Shown: piece by piece, positions 19,703 to 26,827 of the stretch | How the letters are laid out: each line of letters opens with the position of its first letter | Numbering within the stretch: position 1 is the stretch's first letter | Assembly: GCA_041287245.1 (NCBI GenBank) | Contig: JBEULP010000003.1 | Span: forward strand, 32,001-96,000 | Source: Infirmifilum sp. | GTDB lineage: Archaea; Thermoproteota; Thermoprotei; Thermofilales; Thermofilaceae | DNA length: 64,000 bases | Reading direction: 5' to 3' | Notes under the pieces: generated by a model | What the model saw: the letters and a program-made list of their open reading frames with translations, nothing else | The model's database searches: none | Told to the model about the DNA's origin: nothing | Made by a program: the position numbers and the translations under genes

Positions 19703-20896
19703 TCACGTATTCTCTAGCAACGTTTTAATAATGGCATCGCTGGTAAGGCCTTCTTCGACGTTCTTCAGCGGCACTCCTATGGATACCACCTTAGTTCTAC
19801 CGTAGCGTCCAAGGCTTATAACTCTTGCATTGATTATGCCTACAATATCCAGTTCGTTTATAACATCGCTGATTCTCCTTGAAGTGACAGGCTCCATGCC
19901 GATCTTGTTGACGAGTTCCTTGTACTTATCATAGACGAGCCCTGTAGTTATCATTTTAGAGCCTTCATTCCTCGATAAAAGATATATTGAGGCTAGAACA
20001 AGTTTGACGTGAAGAGGCATTGTTTTTATAATGTCGACGGCGAGGTTTTTCTCTATCTCGTTCCGAGCCTTGTCAACATGGACGTGAGTGATTGCCTCTG
20101 CGCCATCCCGATCAGCGATATCAGCTGCCTTGAGCAATATGTCTAGCGCCAGCCTGCAGTCCCCGTTTTGCCGGGCCGCGATAGCAGCCACTTTTTTGAT
20201 CACGTCATCTGTAACAGCGCCTTCCTTAAGGGCTTCCCGTGCCCTTCTCTGTAATATGTCTTCAAGCTGAACCGCATTATAGGGTGGAAATACAAGTTCT
20301 TCTTCTCCCAGGCTGCTCTTCACACGGGCGTCGAGAAACTCTGTAAACTTCAAGTCGTTTGTGATTCCGATCAAGCTCACCTTCGAGTTCGAGAGCTCCT
20401 CATTCACACGCGTCAGAAAATATAACACATCGTCTCCCTGCCTTTTAACAAGATTATCAATCTCATCTAAGACCACGATGACTATGCTCCTTTGTCTCTC
20501 CAGGCCTTGTATAACCCGCTTCATAACCTCGCCAAGAGCAAGCCCGGTGAAAGGCACCTTCACGCCGAGAAACTTCGCAAGCTCTGCCAGAACCCTATAG
20601 CTCGTGTTATTCTGGCGACAGTTAATGTAGACGTAATCGATTTTTCTCTGAGCCTTTTCACGAATCTTCCTCAAAACATATTTCGTAACGGCTGTTTTTC
20701 CCGTGCCGGTTAAGCCGTAGATAAACACATTAGACGGCCTTGAACCGCTGAGGGCGGGTGCAAGAACCCTGGCAAGAGTTATTATTTGCTCATCCCTATG
20801 AGGCAACTCCTCAGGAATATAATCGGGGAGCAGTTTCTCCCTATCCTTAAAGATCTTCGACTCTAGATACTGGTGAAAGATCTCCTCCACAGACAC
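19703..20896 (-). CDS. cdc6: Orc1/Cdc6 replication initiator
   Basis: PEELPHR, GLTGTGKT, VLDEID, FPPYNA, GDCR, wHTH with GRYGRT. Confidence 0.96.
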   Translation of the reverse strand: MSVEEIFHQYLESKIFKDREKLLPDYIPEELPHRDEQIITLARVLAPALSGSRPSNVFIYGLTGTGKTAVTKYVLRKIREKAQRKIDYVYINCRQNNTSYRVLAELAKFLGVKVPFTGLALGEVMKRVIQGLERQRSIVIVVLDEIDNLVKRQGDDVLYFLTRVNEELSNSKVSLIGITNDLKFTEFLDARVKSSLGEEELVFPPYNAVQLEDILQRRAREALKEGAVTDDVIKKVAAIAARQNGDCRLALDILLKAADIADRDGAEAITHVHVDKARNEIEKNLAVDIIKTMPLHVKLVLASIYLLSRNEGSKMITTGLVYDKYKELVNKIGMEPVTSRRISDVINELDIVGIINARVISLGRYGRTKVVSIGVPLKNVEEGLTSDAIIKTLLENT

Positions 20897-21049
20897 TTCA
20901 TACCCCTAAGATTTATATTCTAAGGTAAAGATAATTTTAGCAAACAAGTTACAAAGAACCGATCTCCATCTTTAATCCCTTCTACTTATGCTTGTATTAC
21001 ATAACCCTACACAAGAACCCTCGGTACAAATGCGCGCGTATAAAGACAA

Positions 21050-21124
21050 CGATGTGTTTATAACCACTCCAGCTTTATTATTTTGACAAACCGAGAAGCC
21101 GGGGTGGCCGAGCGGACCAAGGCG
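21050..21124 (+). repeat. 75-bp exact direct repeat, copy 2
   Basis: Identical to 18635-18709. Confidence 0.95.
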
Positions 21125-21198
21125 ATGGCCTGGAGAAGCCGCTACAGGAAGCCATTGCCCGTCAGGGCGCCCGGGTTCAAATCCCGGCCCCGGCGCCA
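21098..21198 (+). tRNA. tRNA-Ser(GGA), 14-nt intron at 37/38 (21136-21149), CCA encoded
   Basis: Anticodon stem ATGGC/GCCAT, long variable arm. Confidence 0.92.
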
Positions 21199-21259
21199 TT
21201 TCTATCCTCGTAGCAGGTAAAGAAAAATTTATCAGGAATTACCGGTTGTTTTTAGGCGA

Positions 21260-21352
21260 GCCCCGGTCGTCTAGCCCGGTCAACCTGCGCTTGGCTGAAA
21301 GGATAACGGCCTTTCGAGCCGTGGATCCCGGGTTCAAATCCCGGCCGGGGCA
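21260..21352 (+). tRNA. tRNA-Glu(TTC), 17-nt D-loop intron (about 21283-21299)
   Basis: Acceptor GCCCCGG/CCGGGGC, anticodon arm ACGGC-CTTTCGA-GCCGT; removing the insert restores D-loop AGCCCGGTCAA. Confidence 0.92.
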
Positions 21353-21366
21353 CTGTCTTATTTTTA

Positions 21367-21390
21367 CTCCTTTTCACTGGTTTCAACTGG
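21367..21390 (-). other. Two tandem mini-ORB-like motifs (candidate origin elements)
   Basis: Minus strand reads CCAGTTGAAA-CCAGTGAAAAGGAG, about 470 bp upstream of cdc6. Confidence 0.35.
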
Positions 21391-21543
21391 CCGGATTAAA
21401 GTCTTACATGCAAAAACGCATAGTGCGGCTTTAATTCTCCCATCTGATTATTCATTCGAGCTCGCGCGATGGTTTATTTTAGCGGTAAACTAAGGCTTTA
21501 AAACCTGGCTGAACGTATAAGGGGCTGAAGCGCGGGTGATAAC

Positions 21544-22692
21544 ATGTCTCAAGAAGGCTACAGTGTCACGCCTTGGGAGGCTGAAGGTAAAATAGACTAT
21601 GACAAGCTTATTCAAGAATTTGGAGTTGAGAGGCTTGACGATAGTCTTATTACGAGAATAGAACGACTAGCAGGAGGCCTCCACCCGCTACTACGGCGGG
21701 GATTCTTTTTCGCTCACCGTGACCTTGGCGCAGTCCTAGACGACTACGAGGCTGGGAGGGGGTTCTTCCTCTATACGGGACGTGCACCGAGCAAGGCTCC
21801 TATGCATATAGCGCACATCGTACCGTTTATCGCGACAAGCTGGCTTCAACGCTCGTTCAACGTCAACGTCTATATAGAGATTCCCGACGAGGAGAAGTTC
21901 CTTGCGAAAAAGATTGACTCACTCGAAGAAGTCGAGCCGTTTGTCAGACAAGACATTCTCAACATAGCAGCCTTGGGATTCGATGAGAACCGCACTTTTA
22001 TCTTCCGAGACAGCGAATACATAGGTAAAATGTACAAGCCCGCGGTTCTCGTAGCTAGACACATAAACTTCTCCACGGCGAGAGCCGTATTCGGGTTCGA
22101 CAACGAAACAAGCATAGGGCTTATCTTCTATCCAGCCCTCCAGATTGTGCCTACACTCTTCGAGCGCCGACGCCCCCTCATCCCATGCGGTATAGACCAA
22201 GACCCTTATTTTCGCCTCCAACGTGACATAGCGCCTAGACTAAACAGGTACAAGACATCGGAGCTTCTCGCCAAGCTTGCATGGGGCCTGAAAGGACCTG
22301 AGAGTAAAATGTCAGCATCCGATCCGGACACCGCCATACTGCTCAACGATTCGCCAGAGCTTGTCAAGAGAAAAATCATGAACGCATACACGGGTGGCAA
22401 GGCAACAGTCGAGGAGCAACGACAACTCGGAGGAAACCCCGAAGTATGCACAGTTTTTCACTGGTACACCCTTCTCTTCGAAGAGGATGACAAAAAATTG
22501 GAGGAGCGCTACTGGGCGTGCAAAACGGGAAAACTCCTATGCGGAGAGTGCAAGGCAGAGCTTGTGAAAAGAATAAACAACTTCCTCGCACTGCACAACA
22601 AAAAAGTAGCCGAGGCCGAGAAAAAAGTAGAGAAATTCATGTACGACGGAAAACTTGCTCAAGAAATGTGGAACTGGAAATTCGAGTATTAA
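21544..22692 (+). CDS. trpS: Tryptophanyl-tRNA synthetase
   Basis: VTPW, YTGRAPS..MHIAH, GIDQDPYF, KMSAS. Confidence 0.97.
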   Translation: MSQEGYSVTPWEAEGKIDYDKLIQEFGVERLDDSLITRIERLAGGLHPLLRRGFFFAHRDLGAVLDDYEAGRGFFLYTGRAPSKAPMHIAHIVPFIATSWLQRSFNVNVYIEIPDEEKFLAKKIDSLEEVEPFVRQDILNIAALGFDENRTFIFRDSEYIGKMYKPAVLVARHINFSTARAVFGFDNETSIGLIFYPALQIVPTLFERRRPLIPCGIDQDPYFRLQRDIAPRLNRYKTSELLAKLAWGLKGPESKMSASDPDTAILLNDSPELVKRKIMNAYTGGKATVEEQRQLGGNPEVCTVFHWYTLLFEEDDKKLEERYWACKTGKLLCGECKAELVKRINNFLALHNKKVAEAEKKVEKFMYDGKLAQEMWNWKFEY

Positions 22693-22828
22693 CACACCTG
22701 TTAACAGCCCATCTACCAGCACAAGACCATTATTATCAATCCCCCATTCCCAAGCAGCCCCACAAATACAACCAGGCAACGCGCGCAGGAGAGGAAGCCA
22801 GAACTAGGCAACAAGTAAAGAACAGTTA

Positions 22829-22920
22829 CGGGCCGGCCGGGATTCGAACCCGGGACCTACGGGTTAAGAGCCTCGACCTTCAGTGGCGACCGCCGCTCTA
22901 CCTAGCTGAGCTACCGGCCC
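22829..22920 (-). tRNA. tRNA-Lys(CTT), 18-nt intron at 30/31 (22872-22889)
   Basis: Cloverleaf after removal; central helix CGGC/GTCG with 3-nt bulges. Confidence 0.92.
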
Positions 22921-22967
22921 TTTTCAGAAGGTAGTGTAGGTTAAAGGGTATTAATTTTTTTCGAGTC

Positions 22968-23666
22968 TTAAAAAAGACGTGGCTGCCTAGGAACTTGGAA
23001 AACTATCGGCTCTATTTCACTTAAAATGACTGTTAGAGCATCGTCGGAGCTTAGCTGTAAAACTGTTTTCAGATCAATCACTATGGTGTTCGCATAGACG
23101 CTAACGCGAGGTTTATAGAGGGATACTATAGTGGGAAGCATCCGATAAACGCCTGGCTCGACAGGTATCGGCAGAACGGTTTGCTCAAAAGCTCTGGCCA
23201 GAGATGCGCAGCGGTCGGCTTGCGCCACCGCCGCCCTGTGCAGAAGACTTTCACGCAGCCTCTGCCACCTTTTGCAGTCTATGCATAAAGCCACACCTCT
23301 TTTCAACGCAAGCACATCTACCTCGTAGCGCCTCCCTAGCAGCTTGAAGCGGATCGTCCTGTAAGATGTGAATCCGGCCTCGGAGAGAGCCTCTGCCACG
23401 AGTTCCTCAAGCGTGCTCCACCCGGAGTTTAGGGATAAGGTAATAACGTCATAGCCCGCTAACCATGCTCGAAGCAAGAAGACATTAAGCCTTGTATTAA
23501 CCAACCCCTCCTTAACTTCTACACCTATATTCTTAAAAAGCTCCTCGATGAAGATCCTGTTGACACCAGTGTTTTCCGATATCTCATCTAAAGTAATTCT
23601 CGGGCTTTGAGATAAAAGACGGATGGTAGCGCTGAGGACTATCTCGGCCCTCAGTAAAGAAGACAA
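22968..23666 (-). CDS. PD-(D/E)XK nuclease-fold protein (Mrr/NERD-like) with N-terminal HTH-like region
   Basis: LEELVAEAL...YEVDVLALKRGVALCIDCKRW. Confidence 0.75.
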   Translation of the reverse strand: MSSLLRAEIVLSATIRLLSQSPRITLDEISENTGVNRIFIEELFKNIGVEVKEGLVNTRLNVFLLRAWLAGYDVITLSLNSGWSTLEELVAEALSEAGFTSYRTIRFKLLGRRYEVDVLALKRGVALCIDCKRWQRLRESLLHRAAVAQADRCASLARAFEQTVLPIPVEPGVYRMLPTIVSLYKPRVSVYANTIVIDLKTVLQLSSDDALTVILSEIEPIVFQVPRQPRLF

Positions 23667-23681
23667 GAGGATAACCTTCGG

Positions 23682-24107
23682 CTAGATTATTACAGAGGCC
23701 ATCGGAGGTAGCTTAGGCCATCGTTCCGCAGCCTCTTTTGCCAGCGGGCCTCTGATCTCAGTGCCCTTTGGGTCTCCCTCAGGTGTTATTATTACGACGG
23801 CGTTGTCCTCGAAGGCTATCCAGGTGCCGTCCGCCCTCCTGTAAGGTCTCCTCTGCCTTATCACGATTGCCCGCATGATCTGCTTTCTCAGCTCAGGCTT
23901 CCCGGCCCTTATAGATACAACAACCATGTCACCCACCGCGGCACCGGGAACCCTACGCCAAACCGCCTTATAGTGTGGAACCCCTATAACCTTGGCTAGG
24001 GTTGCTCCTGAATTGTCTGCTACCTTTACCAGGCTTTCCATGAAGATGCCTGGAGTCAGTCCAAGCCGGTATGAAACTCCAACTGTCTTTGGACCTCTTT
24101 TCGCCAC
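23682..24107 (-). CDS. rpl14: 50S ribosomal protein L14
   Basis: [22 protein letters not shown]. Confidence 0.97.
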   Translation of the reverse strand: MAKRGPKTVGVSYRLGLTPGIFMESLVKVADNSGATLAKVIGVPHYKAVWRRVPGAAVGDMVVVSIRAGKPELRKQIMRAIVIRQRRPYRRADGTWIAFEDNAVVIITPEGDPKGTEIRGPLAKEAAERWPKLPPMASVII

Positions 24108-24121
24108 TCACGCCACCCCTT

Positions 24122-24448
24122 TTAAGCCTTCCCGAGAACTACAAATGCCACCGACTTTGCGAGGGGCCTTGTCTCCCCGATGACAACCTCGTCTCCAGGT
24201 TTTACCTCTATGCATGGAGGTACCCTTACATGCTTCTTCGTTCGTCTACGCTCATACCTTTTGTACTTCTTGTTGTAATAGAGATACTCGTGTACCACCA
24301 CTGCCGCTCTATTCATCTTGACGTCTTCAACCCTTACGCGCAGTATCTGTCCCCTGACGGACAGTTTGCCGTGCCAGGGGCATAGCGGGTCGTCACACTT
24401 TTTTTCTGGGGGTTTGAGCCCCGGAATCCCTACATGCCTTTTAGCCAT
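24122..24448 (-). CDS. rps17: 30S ribosomal protein S17
   Basis: CDDPLCPWHG, KYKRYERR, GETRPLAK. Confidence 0.97.
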   Translation of the reverse strand: MAKRHVGIPGLKPPEKKCDDPLCPWHGKLSVRGQILRVRVEDVKMNRAAVVVHEYLYYNKKYKRYERRRTKKHVRVPPCIEVKPGDEVVIGETRPLAKSVAFVVLGKA

Positions 24449-24514
24449 AGCTAATACACCAGACTAAAAGTGCCAATACACAAGAGTTTTTAAAACTTTG
24501 CGATGATCCCAATC

Positions 24515-24799
24515 TTAGTAGTAGTAAAGCCTCCTCTTTAGCCTCTCTTCAGACCGCCCCACGAGATATCTTCCGTCAACCCGGACTTTGCTCCCGCCAG
24601 GTAACTCGAAGAGGAACACTGCTTGAAATTTTAAGACGACCCGCTTCCTGCCTCCGGGCTCTCCGATCACAAGGGTATTCTTAGTCTCATCTAGCACTAA
24701 ACCTTTAACCCCTATAAGACTTGGGTTTCTAGCCTCAACAACTTGGACTGGAAGGCCTATAAGCTCGTGCCGTAATATGTTTCGGGGGGTTATCCTCAT
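24515..24799 (-). CDS. rnp1: RNase P protein Rpp29 (component 1)
   Basis: NILRHELIGL, VLDETKNTL, GRSEERLK; canonical position after rpl29. Confidence 0.95.
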   Translation of the reverse strand: MRITPRNILRHELIGLPVQVVEARNPSLIGVKGLVLDETKNTLVIGEPGGRKRVVLKFQAVFLFELPGGSKVRVDGRYLVGRSEERLKRRLYYY

Positions 24800-25011
24800 C
24801 AGGCTTGAGCCTTAGCTGCTTCTCGCTCCACGGTCAGTATCATTGCTATTGTCCGCCTAGTTTTCCTGATGAGAGATGGTTTTTCAAGGGATCCTCTAGC
24901 CGCCTGGCTTCGCAACCTTGCAAGCTCTGCTTTAAGCTCCTCTAGCTTCTTTCTCCTGTCCTCTGGACTCATCTCTCTAATCTCCTTGATTGTGTAGAGC
25001 CCCTTTGGCAT
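24799..25011 (-). CDS. rpl29: 50S ribosomal protein L29
   Basis: EIREMS..KLEELKAEL..RRTIAMILTV. Confidence 0.95.
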   Translation of the reverse strand: MPKGLYTIKEIREMSPEDRRKKLEELKAELARLRSQAARGSLEKPSLIRKTRRTIAMILTVEREAAKAQA

Positions 25012-25043
25012 CCAATCACCTCATCATTTCTGAAAACCCATGT

Positions 25044-25670
25044 TTATAAAGTGTTTTTTGCTTCGCTAAGGGTTTGCGGCGCTTTTAGCTCAATAGTATC
25101 CGGCATCTTCGAGGGCCTCATTATCCTGACCTTAACCCCGTACATGCCAAGCTTTAACAACACGTGAACACATGCTTCGTCGACAAGAGCCTCTCCGGGC
25201 TCACCCGACTTGGGCAGGTACCCTCTTGTGAACCTCTCAGTCCTATGCCTCTGGCTTGTGAGCTTACCGCTTATGACTACCTCTGCACCCCGCGCCCCCG
25301 CCGCCATCATCCTGTTAAGCGCGATCATCGCCGCCCTGCGGAACCTGACCCCCCTAACGAGAGCCCTTGCTATCCTATATGCCATTATCTTCGCGTTTAA
25401 GTCCTGGTTTGGCACCTCTACAACGTCAACCTGTGGGTTTTCAAGGCCAAACTCCCTCTCCAGAACGTCGGCTAAAGCTTTAATGTTAGCACCCCTACGG
25501 CCTATGACCATTCCAGGAACTCCCGCATAAATGATAACCTTGGTCCCGATCGGAGTCTTAAAAACCTGGGTGTGAACATAACTTGCACGTACAAACTGCC
25601 TCTGAATATACTCGTGAAGCATCATGTACTGGAGGCCTTGATTTATCGTCTTACGAGTAACCGTCGACAT
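25044..25670 (-). CDS. rps3: 30S ribosomal protein S3
   Basis: KH domain PGMVIGRRG, GAEVVISGKL, GVKVRIM. Confidence 0.97.
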   Translation of the reverse strand: MSTVTRKTINQGLQYMMLHEYIQRQFVRASYVHTQVFKTPIGTKVIIYAGVPGMVIGRRGANIKALADVLEREFGLENPQVDVVEVPNQDLNAKIMAYRIARALVRGVRFRRAAMIALNRMMAAGARGAEVVISGKLTSQRHRTERFTRGYLPKSGEPGEALVDEACVHVLLKLGMYGVKVRIMRPSKMPDTIELKAPQTLSEAKNTL

Positions 25671-25679
25671 CTAACCACC

Positions 25680-26141
25680 CTAAACTTTTTCCTCCCCAAT
25701 TATCTCAACATGAACAAGCTGATCATAATAAGGCGTGGCTCTCCCAAACGCCCTCGGGAGGTAATTCCTAATCTTAATGCTCTTGTGCGCCGCGGCGTGT
25801 ACAATCCAAATGTTCTCGACATCAAGTCCCTTGAACTCCGCATTACTCTCCAGGTTATGAAGCAAAACAAGGAGATTCTTAGCAACCTTCACAGGAAAAC
25901 GTCCAGGACCACTGACACCACTCTTATGACCCACCTTCCCGTTAAACCGCCTATAGGGAACTGGCCTCTTCATAGCCTTAATCTCCTCCAGTATTTTCTT
26001 AGCCTCGCTCAACTTTTTCCCCTTAATCAGCTTTAAAGTCTCAACAGTAGCCTTGTACGACATGCTGACATCCCTCAGTGAAGCCTTCACAGTTCTCGCG
26101 GGATCCAGCTCTACACTATATCGCCACGTAGGCATACCCAA
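25680..26141 (-). CDS. rpl22: 50S ribosomal protein L22
   Basis: GRFPVK, NAEFKGLD, PRAFGRATP. Confidence 0.97.
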   Translation of the reverse strand: MGMPTWRYSVELDPARTVKASLRDVSMSYKATVETLKLIKGKKLSEAKKILEEIKAMKRPVPYRRFNGKVGHKSGVSGPGRFPVKVAKNLLVLLHNLESNAEFKGLDVENIWIVHAAAHKSIKIRNYLPRAFGRATPYYDQLVHVEIIGEEKV

Positions 26142-26294
26142 ACCTCATTCCCTACCTTACCAAAACAATATAAACATTTTTGCCATCTTCCGCACGCGGC
26201 ATCAAACCGAACTTACTCGCGCGCGCAGGGAGAAAGTCGCTGGGAAAATTGAAGAAATACTTTTAAAAACAGACTAAGACTCTTTAATACAAGC

Positions 26295-26409
26295 GGGGCC
26301 GTAGTCCAGCCTGGAAGGATGCCTGGCACGCTCTCAAAGCGCAGGACTCGGGCTCACACCCAAGTGACAAGAGCCCAGGTGGTCCCGGGTTCAAATCCCG
26401 GCGGCCCCA
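26295..26409 (+). tRNA. tRNA-Pro(CGG) with two introns: 32/33 (26328-26347) and 37/38 (26353-26373)
   Basis: Removing both inserts gives the anticodon arm CCTGG-CTCGGGC-CCAGG; each insert forms a BHB-type motif. Confidence 0.9.
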
Positions 26410-26624
26410 CTAACTTTTAACCTTCAAGAGGAGTTTTCCCCTCATATCATGGTGTGTTAGAACACACGGACGTTTTCGCGTACTAGAAAAACTATTTGTA
26501 CCATAGTTTCCTCTTAAAAGTCTGAGAGAGTCCTCTCAATAAGGGCTAAGAAGCTCCCTTCTTGGCTTGTAAACGCTACTAGCAGTAGGACACAAACTAT
26601 CCCGAGACCCACAACAAATATGAA

Positions 26625-26714
26625 CGGGCCCGCCGGGACTTGAACCCGGGACCTACGGCTATCCCCGTGCGGTTCTCCGAAGGCCGCCGCGCCTCCTGAC
26701 TGCGCCACGGGCCC
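26625..26714 (-). tRNA. tRNA-Arg(TCG), 16-nt intron at 37/38 (26661-26676)
   Basis: GCGGC-CTTCGG[intron]A-GCCGT; central helix CTTC/GGGG. Confidence 0.92.
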
Positions 26715-26718
26715 TTTG

Positions 26719-26779
26719 AGGCGTCTCTTCACCTCCTTGTCATCACCTTTTCAGTTGTCAACGCTTCAGTCATCCGCCT
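26719..26779 (-). ncRNA. Box C/D-like sRNA immediately upstream of tRNA-Arg
   Basis: Terminal stem AGGCG/CGCCT; perfect internal D' CTGA and C' GTGATGA; degenerate terminal boxes; two 12-nt guides; TTTTTATT promoter about 26805-26812. Confidence 0.7.
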
Positions 26780-26827
26780 ATATTCTATGCATCAATATTG
26801 TTGAATAAAAAATTGCTGTATGTGTAA

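Noticed and set aside
18635..21198. tRNA-Ser direct repeats as attL/attR of an integrated element
   Set aside because: Both tRNAs are complete with different anticodons, no integrase is present, and the enclosed genes are core.
20972..21434. Short ORFs across tRNA genes (also 26514..26732, 51979..52191, 53896..54108)
   Set aside because: They are translations of tRNA or sRNA sequence.
21513..21523. ACGTATAAGGG shared with the tRNA-Val intron
   Set aside because: An isolated 11-mer match is expected by chance in 64 kb.
16560..23666. C5-MTase plus PD-(D/E)XK gene as a restriction-modification pair
   Set aside because: They are more than 5 kb apart, on opposite strands, and separated by core genes.
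25012..25035. ATGATGA C-box-like motif before rpl29
   Set aside because: It overlaps the GAGGTGA SD and has no properly placed D box.
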